A DNA stretch of 58,504 bases, from positions 62,001 through 120,504 of the forward strand of contig KZ538123.1 of assembly GCA_000934665.2 (NCBI GenBank), given 5' to 3'. The notes beneath the pieces are model-generated. The model worked only from the letters and a program-made list of their open reading frames with translations. It was not told the DNA's origin and did not search any database. This DNA is from Catajapyx aquilonaris. Lineage: Eukaryota. A program made the position numbers and the translations under genes. Below, one piece after another: positions 1-12,980 of this stretch (position 1 is the stretch's first letter; every line of letters starts with the position of its first letter).

Positions 1-88
1 ATAAGCCATGGGTTTAGGGGCTCGTATGGGCGATTTGACATTGTTCACAACAATTAGCCCAATTAGCCTACTGACAGTGAGATAAACG

Positions 89-387
89 ATTCCAATACAG
101 CAACAAAGAGCCGTTACTAACCAACCGAAAAAACATTACCAGTATATTTTGTGGATATTTTGAGTAAAACTGTAAAATCGAGCGTTTTTAAAAAAATTTG
201 GTCATCAAATTAAGTAATTTTCAGGGAACTAATATTATTAAGTTAGAGAGACATGGTCCCCACTCCCGCGAAGACATTTGTGGAAGCTGCGAAACGATGG
301 AAGGTAAATATATCTGAAACCAAACGCTCGTTAAGAAATTAATGTGTAAAATGCCGTTTGTTCAACATGTGCTCATGCGTGGATATA
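89..387 (+). repeat. Interspersed repeat, copy 1; copy 2 is 1939-2150 + 4086-4169, split by the Chapaev3 element
   Basis: attccaatacagcaacaaagag...ggaagctgcgaaacgatggaaggtaaata...tatctgaaaccaaacgc...ctcatgcgtggatata is present in both places in direct orientation. Confidence 0.9.
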
Positions 388-411
388 CAGGGGTTGGACC
401 GTGGGTTGGAC

Positions 412-565
412 CAAGGGGTTAACCACTTCGGTACTCCGATGTACTACGTACACCTGCAGTGGTACTCCCAGGTACCCCTTAAGTATCTTACTCTTTGGTA
501 CTCCTTGGTACTCCTTGAATTTGGTACTCCAGTGTACACTTTACAGTCGAGTGGTTAACCCATTG
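412..565. mobile_element. MITE with CAAGGGGTTAACCAC TIRs and 8-bp TSD (P/hAT-like), copy 1
   Basis: TIR caaggggttaaccac / gtggttaacccattg; TSD GGTTGGAC at 404-411 and 566-573; near-identical copy at 3512-3654. Confidence 0.85.
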
Positions 566-913
566 GGTTGGACAAAATAATAATGTCACCTGCAAAAAGC
601 GGTTGAAAATTCACATCTGTTTTACTGATTCGAAAACTGAAAAATAAAGTTACAAGGATGACTTTAACTGTGTTTTGAAGCTCTGCCGGTTTAACCATGT
701 TTTGTAAAGATGTGCAGATGACGAAAAAATCACAGGAAGGGGAGAGAAACAAAAGACGAACGGCCCCCCCCCCACCACCACCACCACTACCCCATTTTTT
801 ACCAAAGGGTCCCACCCTTTTAATTTGAAAAGGAAATTAGGTACAGATATGGACTTTAGTGGGTTTTGAAGCTATATCGATACCATTTTGTGTGGTATAC
901 AGATGGACCAGTA

Positions 914-1844
914 CAAAGAGCTTAATACTAGGAAGAGTGGAAAAAAACAGCTGGTAGCATAGCAACCGTGTCTCCAATCGACTGACCTGCCACCTGGCGA
1001 GTCGGTAGCCAAACTCGATACTGTATTGTACAATACGGTAGATCGAGGCAGCGCCGGAAATATGGCAATAAAAGCCCCAGGGGTTGGAAATAAGCTATAA
1101 GCACTCGTATACTCTCGTTGGTGTAAAAATTGACGACAAAACACGATGTAGAAGACCTGTGAATAAAATACCATCACGAAAAGCAAATTGTTTGCCAGAA
1201 GTTTATTGCCACTACAATAATCCCACACTCTGCGCTATACAATACACACCACGGTAGGCTACTGTACACACTGGTCATGATGCTGAACATGGTCATGACA
1301 GGAAGATGTACCCCCCGCTGCTATGTCCATCTTGTGGCGGGTCGGGGTTGTTCTTCTATACCGTGAACTCGAGAGCCGTGGAGGGTCCTTTGGTAATGAA
1401 AAGAATGCGATCCGACGACCCCGTGCGCGAACAGCAGTAGTAGCACTCGGTACCCACCCCCCGACCGTCTACGCCCCACTATGCCAGCCTTGGAACTTGT
1501 TCTATTTCAAAATTCGAACGTGATTTCTAAGCAACGATGTGATTATTTGGATTGTTAGGTGCAGGGTGGCAAGCTGCGTCGAATATCAGTTTCGAGTCCA
1601 AAATTAGTGCCTTAACCGCATACGACCTCACATTGGTCAGTTTTTAGATTTATAACTCTTAATTATGTGCCTCTTGATATTAAATCAACACAGTTTATTG
1701 AAATTCATCTCGACAGCACTCGACGGTGCCGCCTAGTGGCGCCGCGTAGTGGTCGGTAGCCAAACACGTTGACTAAACAACTGGCCAAAAAGTGGCGACG
1801 CTTGGAAACCGTTTTTTCCACTCTTCCTAGTATTAAGCTCTTTG
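914..1844. mobile_element. Non-autonomous DNA transposon, P-superfamily-like (CAAAG termini, 8-bp TSD)
   Basis: ~33-bp TIR caaagagcttaatactaggaagagtggaaaaaa; TSD GACCAGTA at 906-913 and 1845-1852; no transposase ORF seen. Confidence 0.85.
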
Positions 1845-2236
1845 GACCAGTACTCACGCGCGTGCCGGGCGGGGGGAAAACGGGAAACTACATGTTGTTA
1901 TGTACTGTACAACAATGACTGAGCTAAACAATAATATTATTCCAATACAGCAACAAAGAGTCGTTACTAACCAACTGAACAAAACATTATACATATTTTT
2001 GGGGAAATTTTGAGTGAAAGCACGCGGTTTTATTTTCGTCATCAAATTAATCTATTTTACTGGGAACGCATTAAGTTAGGGAGACATGTACTCCGTCCCC
2101 ACTCCCCCGAAGCCATTTGTGGAAGCTGCGAAACGATGGAAGGTAAATATAACACTGGGTAACAAAATTAAACATGATTTTTGTTTGATTCGATTCGTCA
2201 CGACACTATGTTTTGTATTTATTCTACATAACAATT

Positions 2237-2485
2237 GAAGGGGTTAGTGCCATAACGTGCTAAGCCACACTTTTGTGTTTTTTGAGCTTGCACGTGTCTG
2301 AAAGTCCCACCATCGTGCTTCACAAGTGGGCATCACGTAGTTAGAAAAATTCCCCATAGATTACGAGAAAATCACGAATCATGTTCCTTGTTGTGTATGA
2401 TTTGCCATGTTACGCCAAACTTTTGAAAGCCCATATCTCAGAATGAAGGTTTTGTGGATTGGCACGTTACGGCACTAACCCATTC
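2237..2485. mobile_element. MITE nested in Chapaev3, 4-bp AATT TSD (Sola-like)
   Basis: TIR gaaggggttagtgccataacgtgc / gcacgttacggcactaacccattc (2 mismatches), flanked by AATT. Confidence 0.7.
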
Positions 2486-3511
2486 AATTTATTATGGCAA
2501 TTTTTAAAATCATTTCACAGTAACAAGGTGAGACTTTTTCCACTGTATAGTCAATATTGAATTGAAATTATATGAGAACACTCCCTTAAAATCTCATTTC
2601 TCTAAAAAAATGAATATTTGAGCGACTTTTTCTCTTATGAACACCACTGTCACTTCATAGCAAACCCCAAATGCAGTCTCCTATCATGGCTGTATCCCAC
2701 CTTCCCTGGTATATACCTTTTCTCCATGTCCATAATGTCGTGATGAAAGCGCTCACCATGTTCTTCATTCACAGCACCCAAATTTTCCGGAAAAAAAAAT
2801 CCAAATGTGAGTGCAAGTAGTGAACCTTAAGAGACATTCGGCACCCCATATTCTTGTACGCATGTAGCATATTTTCTATGAGGTCCTCGTAGTTGTCACT
2901 CTTTCTGTTTCCAAGGAAGCCTTACACAACATGGCGAAATGTATTCCAAGCCCCTTTTTTTCAATATGAGTCATTTTATCCTCCAATTCCTTTGACTCCA
3001 GCATCTGCTTCACTTGTGGGCCAGTGAAAATGCCAGCCTTTACTTTGGCTGCAGATAGCTTAGGGAACATTGACTATATGCACTGTAAGGGACCTTCTTC
3101 TTCATCCAAAGCTCTTACAAATTGCTTCACTAACCCCAACTTAATATGAAGCGGTGGAAGCAACACCTTTTCTCTTGGCACGAGAGGATTGAAACCTTGA
3201 GTTGCAAAAGGTCCCAAGTCCAACCACCTCAACTTTTCAGGAAAGACAAAAGATCGAAATTCATAAGTAATGATCGAAATGGGTGGAAAATTTTCATGAT
3301 TTTTCTTCTCCATGTTAGAACGAACATTTCGGACTCTCTTTCATGCAAAATATGCGCCTTGCCCCATACTATCCCACATATATGTAACTCGAAATCGTCA
3401 AAATGTGGACTTGGGACCTTTGGCTACTCAAGGTTTCGATTGTGAATTGGGGTGGGTGGAGGGATTGAGAGGGGAAATCCCTTAGTGAGTGACACATCTT
3501 TGTTAAAAAGT

Positions 3512-3654
3512 CAAGGGGTTAACCACTTCGGTACTCCGGTGTACACCTGCAGTGGTACTCCCAGGTAGCCTACTTCTTAGGTGCCTTACTCTTTGGTACT
3601 CCTTGAATTTTGGTACTCCAGTGTACACTTTACAGTCGAGTGGTTAACCCCTTG
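3512..3654. mobile_element. MITE copy 2 (same family as 412-565), nested in Chapaev3
   Basis: Perfect 15-bp TIR caaggggttaaccac / gtggttaaccccttg; TSD TAAAAAGT at 3504-3511 and 3655-3662. Confidence 0.9.
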
Positions 3655-3750
3655 TAAAAAGTGGTGCCCTTTTGACATAATTGCCCTCTTCCAATCATTT
3701 CAGTTTAGTATTGCAATATAATTATGGCCAACACCATATATAGAGCATAA

Positions 3751-3931
3751 AGGCCCATTCACACAGGCCGTCGACGGTTTCGGTTTTGGTTTTGGTTTTG
3801 GTTTTGGACCAATCAGAGCGGGCCCTCACGGTAACCATGACGCGTTGTTTACGTGAGGGCCTGTTCTGATTGGTCCGCAGAGTCGACGAGACCAAAAACC
3901 AAAACTGTCGACGGCCTGTGTGAATGGGCCT
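3751..3931. mobile_element. PIF/Harbinger (Tourist-like) MITE nested in Chapaev3
   Basis: TIR aggcccattcacacaggccgtcgac; TAA TSD on both sides; nearly palindromic throughout. Confidence 0.9.
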
Positions 3932-6900
3932 TAAGGAGTCAAAACTGTGAAAATGCAAAGCATGTCATATCTTCCAAACCTAAGATGATAGAGCAAACCC
4001 GATTGCAGATTTGAACTCAGCACACCAAAATCATTGTAATTCCGTCAGAATATTAACTCAAACATTTTCTTGTTACCCAGTGTAATTATCTGAAACCAAA
4101 CGCCCGTTAAGAAATTAATGTTTAAAAGGCCGTTTGCTCAACAACATGTTGTGCTCATGCGTGGATATAAGTATACAGTCTGAGCAAACGTAAATAAGTG
4201 CATGATGGACACATAGTGACAAAGCCAGGGTCGAAGCCTCAGGCACCACGACCTGAACCAATCATGATGGCGCCCACGCAACACCATTTCCACATAACCT
4301 TTTTTCTGCCATGCGCTTACATACCTTTTGCTCACGACGACAGGCCACGGCATACACAATATTACATTATTTTAATCACCACAGGCATACCAGCCAAACC
4401 TGGATATCCTGCTGACGAAGTGGAGTGAGGACACCACTATTTATGATCTGGAGATGTGCATGGATACTTTGACTTCACTCAGGGTTGCCGGCGGTATCTG
4501 CCGGGAGATTCTGAAAGAAGCTAAGCAAGCGATTGAACACATGGACGATAAGGTGCCTTGTCAGTCCCATGAAGATAGCAGCAACAGTTCCTCAGCTCAT
4601 TCCTTGACTGGAGGAGTCATAACTCCAAGACAGAAGCACATTTCCGATTCCATGGAGAATAGACTAACCGTTTCCCTGTCTAACATGATGGTAATATACA
4701 TGTCAAAATAATATGGTAAAGAATGTGGATCACAAGTTGTACAAATCTAAGCGCAAACGATTGACAACGAATGAATGTGATTTAAGGCATATTGAAGGGG
4801 AACTCCAAGAGTTCACCAATCCGTTTTAAACAGTATGATTATTTCAATCCAGATATCCCTAAAGTAAGCGTTAATACTTATTTAAAACTTTCATATATGG
4901 GTCATTACACGGTAACGGACGGGACGAAATTAATGGATTTTGCATTTCCAAATATAAATTGTGTAGGTATCGAAGTGTTTTCGAATGAATGTAACATTGC
5001 AACAGCAACATGCTCATCGGTGTTAAGATTTATGAAACATCTCGGAAACATCAGCTGTTGGTAATTTATGTTTTAACGTGCATTTAATTACATTAGTAGG
5101 GTAACGGACGGTAAAGGAAATGGACATGCGTACGAATTGTAGCGCACATAATAGCAAAACTCTGTTCTCTTGAACATAAATCTTTCAGTATATTGTAGAA
5201 AACTATCATATCAACAAAATAGGTTCATTCCAAAATAATTCAGTTGTTGCATGTGATTGATGCAGCGATAATTAATCTAAGTAACTGACGGGACAAAGCA
5301 TATTTAAGTGACCCGACATTTCGGTCCTTGGATAAAAAATAATGTAGAATAGGTCTGAACTCTGAAGTAAGCATTATTTTATTCTTCATGAAGGTCATTC
5401 CACAGAAACACCGAAATTTTGGTTGACACGAGAGTTTAAAAAGCAAAATAAATTTGCTTTTAAAACTTCACTTTTCACCAAAATGTACCTTTTCGCGTAG
5501 AATGACCCATATGCTAATTCCACAGTAATTTTTGAAGTTCTAATCCTTAGGCATAAAAGGGTGAGTGAATTAATCGTGTGCATTTAAAGAGAAATGATAA
5601 AAGCGTATATAATTCCAGATATCTCATGAAAGTCTATACAAGTACAAACCTAAAACGTGAACCCATATTCACAAGTGTTGATGCGACTCTATAAGTTGAT
5701 TCAATTTCACGCATATCTGTTTTTCTCCTATTCCAGAACTTGGAGCAAGAACTCAACGAAATAAGAGGCAAACTAAAGTCAGTAGCTACTTTCATGACAG
5801 AGATGTGCTGTCGGATTCGGCCCATTACATCGGCCTTGAAAAATGCCCACATCGCGGCTCAGGCAGGATACAGTCTGGGCATGACCGACCAGGTGGAGCC
5901 GAAGAAAACAGGAAACAAGGAGATAAAGACACCAGCATTATCCTCCAATCTGTTCCAATGGACCGATAGAGTGCATGACGCCAAACTGACGGTACCGTAT
6001 AGCACATAAATACTGTATATTGCGTTGGGTCCCCATCCAGCTTATTTCATCACATCAGGGAACTAGGGATATTCTTAGGAATATTGGCAATAAGACAGTT
6101 ATTCCATAGCGCCAGCAAAAATATTACTAATAATATTAGGTCCAAGCGATGGTACACTCTCAAGAACTGGATCTGATTTACAGGGTAATCCGAGTCAATT
6201 TGAGATGAAACTAAGATAGGCATTGTGAAATATCATGGTCTTGACATATTATACACACGTGATATCAAGTCAGCTTTCTTGTTATAGCCATTGTTGCATG
6301 TCCTCTAGTAAAACGTTTGAAAGAAAGGAATCCCATCCGGAATAATGAAATCTTCAAACTTCATGCCCTGATAACTTGCAGTCAGAAATCAGGATCCATG
6401 TGATTATAATGGATTTGCATTTCTTGAATTATTCAAATTAAACCGACCATTAGTCTACGACAAAAAATAAAGGCAATAAAAATACTTCAGATAGGTGAAG
6501 ATCTTAAGGAGGAAAAATCATCCTGCCTGAATTTTGTCACATTTTTTAATGTTAAAAATTTTGATCTTTGTATAATAATACTATATTAACGAGGTTATTC
6601 CAGACCATGTAGGTCCTTAAACCCCGGGCCCCAGATAGGGCCTATAAATCATCACTCTAAGTCCTCTCCATTATGGTCCTCCAGAGGTGGACCACCCGTT
6701 CGCTTCCGAATAGAACCCAAGCCAAGTTTGAATTTTCTCCTTGCACTTTTGAAAACATGAAAATAATCCGTTCCGCACAGCAGACTCGACGAAATGTGTA
6801 GGGCAGAAAAGGTTTCCGCGCATTCTCATCTTTGTAACGATATCCCTGGAATATTTGTACAATCATCTGTTTTAAAACTATCAAAATATTTGATGGTGCT

Positions 6901-7489
6901 CTTAGCGCGCTGTGCCATCGTGCTAGTCTGAGCGGTACACTTGGAAAACCGGTATAAAATGCTGCAGATTCCTGCAGAAAGCAAGCCACTTTGCACATAC
7001 GTTCCATAGACTAAGGCGATCAATTTGACCCGCAGCACCCTGACCATGTAGGGTCAAAATGGCGACCATTTTGGAAAAATGTCAAATATTTTTTGAAAAT
7101 TAAAAATTGCCTCTCCATCATGGCAATGTTGGTGTCATTTCCGCATAATTCGAGGTCGCTAAGACGATTGGTAACATGCAGGAGGTCATAAGGTCACTAG
7201 TTTGTGACCTGTGACCGGCAATTTGAAATTACCATACTGGGCTTTGTCTAATGGTATTTTCGCCTAAAGGGTGGCATGTGAGGTATCGTTTAGAATTTTA
7301 GATATAATATATTTGCTGTCACTGAAACCGAAAATGACACTAAAAATCTCGAATCGTGCATTCTGAGACCAGCGAGGTGCCATATTTGATTTCAACTTAA
7401 GCCCTTAGGTATTGTGGATTATGCAGTTATGCACCCGTAAGCGAGTAGTACACAAGATTTCTGGTGTCCTTACCGCATACCTTGCGGTC

Positions 7490-8800
7490 GCTTTCAGGTT
7501 CCCGTGGATTCGTTTGTTGGGTCCTGGGGTCAGTCGCCTGCTGACTGAATTTCAAGGAACCCACGGCGAAAAGAGTCAGGGAACTCGTCATCATGCCTAT
7601 ACCCTTCCTTCCAAAGATCCTTCCAAGAGAAGTGTGTTGCCTTTTAGTAAAGTTTACTTCAAGCAAAAAATCCTTTCAGGATAAGGGGCTCAGAACTTAT
7701 TTCACTAGATACCCGAGTTGTAGATCGTAGACGATGAAGAGGGTGAATCTGCTCTGAACAAGGTACATGATCGGCATGGATTATTTTCACGAATTTGGTG
7801 AAGAGAGACTTGTAAAAAAAATTCGAGATGTATTCGCCAATCAGTAAATAGAATGTCAAGATCTTCTCTATATGAAGAAGAGGGTTGTTCAAAAGACACA
7901 AGCCAAGCAGCTGAAAGGAGACTTGCAATTATTCTGGCGCCTCTTCATTGTCAGCCCACATTGACAGTTAGAATATATTGGATTTTTTTTTTGAACATGA
8001 GAATTATATTTTTCCATCTGAATTGTGGAGATCTCCATCCAAGATCGAAGACTCCACCCATTTTGGAGAGCTCATGTGTGTTATCCTAACAGCCAGATAG
8101 ATGTGATGCAGTGGGATACAATGGTGCTGCTTTGGTCCACATGGTGAAGCCAAAGCCCGAACTCAAGAGTATACGTATATCAAAACAATTGCGCATTTTA
8201 ATGTCATGCAGCAAAGGCCCAAGCGCCACTTTTGCAACAAATACACGAAGTTAAGTTTTCTGCTTTCCACATGCTTATAATGAACACTACTGCATACCGG
8301 TACTATAAATGAAACTGTCCACAAAAATGAGAAATTAGGCAGGACCAATGTAATATTTTCTACTGGCCTCTCCTTGTCAAATATACCAAAAAGAATAATT
8401 TTGACCTTTTCGGCAAGTGTTAGATCAGTGACAGGTGCGAAAATCACCCCCGCTCCAGTATGTAGTGCTGGCCTCGCGTGGGAAAGGAAGCTGAGTAATC
8501 AAAAACAGCATATTTTCCCACCGAGAGGCCAAGAAATGTCTGTTGTAGCCGGGGTGAGGTGAAAATGAGTCTGTTATGTCAGAAGTAAGATACACTGGGC
8601 CTTATGGTCAGGCGTGGATCCAGAGTCGGGCGGGGGGGGGGGGGGGGGGGGGGTNNNNNNNNNNNNNNNNNNNNNNNNNNNNNNNNNNNNNNNNNNNNNN
8701 NNNNNNNNNNNNNNCCCCCCCCCCCCCCTGGATCCGCGCCTGCTTATGGTGAACCTGAACGATCTCACAATTATCCAAAAAATTATGGCTGGCATTCCTC
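7490..8800 (+). mobile_element. Decayed Academ-like transposase coding remnant
   Basis: Broken + frames give GPGVSRLLTEF..RHH, KNPF..ELISLDT, HEFGEERLV, YSPISK*NVKIFS, QLKGDLQLFWRLFIVS, FFEHEN, DAVGYNGAALVHMVKP and YPKNYGW, in the motif order I recall for Academ-type transposases; termini not located. Confidence 0.6.
8609..8742. mobile_element. hAT-like MITE with poly-G/poly-C interior (contains an N gap)
   Basis: TIR caggcgtggatccag / ctggatccgcgcctg; 8-bp TSD CTTATGGT at 8601-8608 and 8743-8750. Confidence 0.9.
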
Positions 8801-9999
8801 CCCAGGTCCCGGAGGCACACCACACAGCTTCTTGCTCCAGGCATGAGACACAACAGAACTACATGTCGAACAACATCGGAAATATGTGGGTCGGGTATGA
8901 TGTACTTCAGGACAACCACTACCCGAGGAACACCAGGGAGATGACCATGATTGCTAGACAAGTCGAGGAGTTTGCCCAGTTATACCGTTCAATCGAGAAA
9001 ATCGACTTTGTCAAGATCGCCAGGAGGGCATGGGTGAGAGAGGAACGGGGGAAGGGGGGGGGGGGAGGGAAATAATTTAAATTGTTCCTTTGTGACAATG
9101 CTCGTGAAATTTATCCAAGAATTTCTGATTTTTTTAGATATTTTAAATGTCTGTTAGGACTTTGAAAACAGTGGTATTGTCTTTAGCTACAAGTAGTTTA
9201 GTTTTGGATATGCTTGCAACCTGTATTTCTCATGATATCCGAGTTTGGTAGATGACATTCACAAAGCATAATACCAAGTAAAAACTCTTCCCTTTAAAAA
9301 TTCTTTGCAATGTTTGTTTTATACTTTGAGACATGTTGTTGCAAAGGTCAAAGGAAAATGTATTTTTCGGATGGAGCAATCTCGTAACTCTGTGGTTTCT
9401 CTTGTCTCTTTGTTAGAATGTGACAAATATATTGAGCATGATGTCTAAACCTTCTATGATGAACATCTCTGTGCAAACAGTTCATGATAACAGTAAATGC
9501 CACGAAAAGAACAGGCGTCCAGGAACAAAGCGAACCATCAGAGACACAGAAGACGATGCGAGCTCGGATGATGAAGTGTTTTGCCTGTTGTCCGCAGCCT
9601 ATATGGACAAGAGTAGCGATGAAGAAGGCGATGAACCTATGGATGTCGACTAGATTTACTACAGTAGAATGTACTACCTATGTATCTTGATCGAAGTAAC
9701 AAGCAAACTAGGTGCAAAACTAGTTTTTAAAAGGCTCTAAAATAAAATAATGGTTGCGAAGGATATGGGTTTTTACGAATATCATATCAGCATTTTTGTG
9801 TACAGTAGATTCTACACCGGAGTAATAAAACGATAATGGGGATTTCCATTGTTACTTCTTGCTCTATTATCAGCTCCATAGATGATCAGCTCCTTAACTG
9901 TAAACTAAAAGAAGGAAAACCCACCCAACGTTGAGAACCCGTGAAATAGGATGCGTGCGACACCACCCCTTATGAAGTTATATCATAATCTGCATAAGA

Positions 10000-10324
10000 G
10001 GGAGGCGGAGTGGTGCTGCGGTAACGCACGCGCCCACGGATGTTAAGGTCCCGGGTTCGATCCCAGCCCGGGGACACCCCCTTCATCTCGTGCAGAGTTA
10101 AGTGGTCGTCTCTGGCTTCGTCTCGGGTGGTATTTCCGTTAAGACAAACCACGCGGGGGAGTTCACAAAATGACCACAGCGTCAGATGCACTGCACCTTG
10201 CACATCCCCTCCTGTCATCCTGCCCGTGGACCCGGGCGATACGCCATGTACTATGTATACACCAACAGCTAATAATAAAGGTCCATGCGATAAACCCTGA
10301 TGGGTGAAAGCATCTATCCAACCA

Positions 10325-10417
<93 letters not shown>
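10000..10417 (+). mobile_element. tRNA-derived SINE with (ATT)n tail
   Basis: Pol III A box gtggtgctgcggt, B box ggttcgatccc; 3' end gcgataaaccctgatgggtgaaagcat followed by ~30 ATT units. Confidence 0.85.
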
Positions 10418-10418
<1 letters not shown>

Positions 10419-11066
10419 GGCATAAATATTTATGCAGTGTCGGCCTCGATGTTTATCGCCCATTGTTTATCGGTTTTTATTGGTGAATTTAGCTCATTTC
10501 TCTCTGAGAAAAGAGCAGATGCAAGTGTCAGTTGCATAGTAAGGAAGCCCACAACATTGTTACTACTCATAATGGTCAGTTATGAACGTCTTTGTACTGG
10601 CCAGAATCCCGATGGAGCATAAATGGTTGTTGACAACGTGACAATACATGGTGGTATTGTGCACTGTCTACGTTGACATTTCCAAAGGCGTGAGGAGCGA
10701 GCAGATCCTAGAAAAGTGGTCCTTGAAGTGCAGGTCACCTTGTACTTGCAGAATGATCAACTTGCTGGAGAAAGGATGTGGCCACAACCCGGAGACAATG
10801 TACATGTGTGTTGTCTTCATTATTACGACGGTACTGACCTCACACAATGACTGCCAACAATATGAAAGGATGTGAGCTGCACCGAAAAATGGCACAATGG
10901 TGCATAATAATGCTATGCTATGAGTTACCTGATTCTGGAGTGATTAGCAGATAATGATATTAATATTAAAACTCACCTGCTGTAGGGGTTCTTGTGATAA
11001 TAGCACATTTTCAGCCTTATAGACTATGCAAGAAGAATATCTTAGCAGGCGTTAAATCTACATCAC

Positions 11067-11173
11067 TTTATTTTCCAACGTCCATGTCAATATATAATAA
11101 CAATTAAAACTGGGAGGCAATAATCAGAAGTTAGTGCTTGATGCCTGGTATTGAAGAGTGCGATAATTTTATT
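11067..11173 (-). promoter_or_regulatory. Candidate NPF polyadenylation signals
   Basis: AATAAA on the minus strand at 11173-11168 and 11072-11067, 230-340 nt past the stop. Confidence 0.4.
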
Positions 11174-11405
11174 ATGAGGATACATTGATGAAACAATGAG
11201 GCCGGGGCCATCTCACAGGACACATTACGTTCTAAAGGTGCAATATTTTGAAGTACAGAAAAGATGACAGGAAATGAAAGGGTTTTGACATGGTACTAAA
11301 GCAGTGTGAGGCTAATTAGAAAAAAAACACACTCATATTCAGGTGCAATCTACGGAAATGGCCACCGCGTTATGTTGCGCTTTCCAGTCTTTTCATATCC
11401 CACGG

Positions 11406-12642
11406 TTATTCGTCGTATTGAAGCAGGTCATAAAGATTGCTAGAACTGAGGGGCAGAACATAACTGGGGACTTTGTTCGGCCTTGCAGCTGTTCTCTTCC
11501 CAAATCTGTGGGTACAAATGTTATGCTTTACTACTATATATTTATATTACGACCTTACGTAAAGACCATTTTGACATGTGACTCTGCCGTTGCATGGGAA
11601 TAATGCGAAATGAATTTGTGAGTAGGCATATTACATCAAAAGTGGATTTTCCCCAAAAAGTGGCAGATACAGACCTACTAATAATATACCGTATTGGATG
11701 AAGCACAAAGCAGCAATATTGATATTACTGATGAAACATGCACTCATGAGTCCAATATTAACTAGCATCATAATATAAATCTCCCTCTCAATAACTCTTA
11801 GAAAGGAAAAAAAACAACTCATTAAAACTCAAGGAGGTAACAATAATTAATGATTTAGTGTAATACACCGGATTTATGCAGCTGTTTCCATTCGGAATCT
11901 CTGACAGGACTTAATGACCAAGTTACTATACTGTAACTATTCTTTTGTCGAGTTATCGTATTTTTGCTTGGTAAGCGGGAGAAGCAGAATAAAACATAAT
12001 GACTTTTCTCAAAAATCGACAACCACTGATTTACTCTTCATTCCTTGGGATTTTCGAACAAAAGCTTTCAGACGCCATGAGGATAAAGGCTTCGGAAACC
12101 CAACGCTAAATAGGCGATGGAGCTTCCACAAATGTCAATGAAAAGGTGCAATCAACTTGAGAGAATTAAGTGCGACTGATTTGCCTGAGTCTTTTGTCCG
12201 CAGTAACTTACTTGTAAAGATATAGGACTGTTAAAATGTTATGTGTCACCAGGTCACATGCTCCAAAAACACTCAAACTTCTCCCCCGAAACCAAACAAA
12301 AATTTCGTAATGGACGACTTCTCTTTTTCTTTAAGTTAGCAATGACTGCTTCATTTTGTTCATGTCATCTAGGCAGTGAATTTTCCCCTGCAAAATAGTG
12401 CTGCTTCATATTATATCGCACATGTTGAACTCTGACCTCGGCCTTCCAGCAATAGCGTAGTAGTTGCTGAGAGCTTCCAAGTAGGTCCTCAGTTCCTCTG
12501 GAGACGTGAAGACCTTGGGTCGAGAAGGTCGCGACTCGGATTCCACGCTGAGAGTCGGGTCGGCCAGTGAGGGGACAATCAGGGTCACCAAGCCCAGCCC
12601 CACTACCACCACCAGCAACATGCTCAGACTGCTCAATGACAT
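11406..12642 (-). CDS. NPF: Neuropeptide F (NPF/NPY family) precursor; coding exons 12642-12437 and 11505-11406
   Basis: Signal peptide MSLSSLSMLLVVVVGLGLVTLIVPSLA; predicted mature peptide DPTLSVESESRPSRPKVFTSPEELRTYLEALSNYYAIAGRPRF-amide; phase-2 intron in the last Arg codon (AG|gtcaga...cacag|A TTT GGG AAG AGA); GKR amidation/cleavage site, then TAARPNKVPSYVLPLSSSNLYDLLQYDE*. Confidence 0.96.
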
Positions 12643-12980
12643 TGCTGACTTGTTTGAGAAGAAGGCGGGAGACCACGTTATGTAAGGATATGTGCTTGCA
12701 GGCAGCGACTTGCGATCTGCAATATGTTCACCACTTCTATTCCCTCTGCTTTAGTTATCCTTTGAAGAGGAAAAAAAGCGTTAGCCATACAAGTAAATGA
12801 CAGAATGGACGCATGGTACTCTGTAGAAGGGATTTTTCATTAGAATAATGCATAAGGAGCGATGTTCTCTTGTTACAAAAAAATAATAAATTACTACCCT
12901 TGAAATATTCAGAAACTTCAAACTTCGGGTTGAGGTTTTTAAAATGAAAATAAGTGTGTGGCCTTCCTCACAAGCACGTG

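Larger units (their letters stand above)
2153..4082 (-). mobile_element. Degenerate Chapaev3 (CMC) DNA transposon with transposase remnants
   Basis: TIR cactgggtaacaa / ttgttacccagtg; TSD TAA (2150-2152, 4083-4085); frameshifted minus-strand transposase ~2660-3250 with KVLLPPLHIKLGLVKQFVRALD, FPKLSAAKVKAGIFTGPQV, MSLKVHYLHSH, NLGAVNEEHGERFHHDI. Confidence 0.85.

Noticed and set aside
4454..6009. Short + strand ORFs (85-90 aa)
   Set aside because: No domain, coherent splice structure or TE termini that I could support
8630..8728. Long G/C runs next to N gaps (also ~22372 and ~37436)
   Set aside because: Sequencing dropouts at homopolymers; length and content are unreliable
9970..10486. ORFs with poly-Ile/poly-Asn runs (similar ones at 13363, 27065, 35119)
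   Set aside because: Translations of trinucleotide microsatellites or SINE tails, not genes
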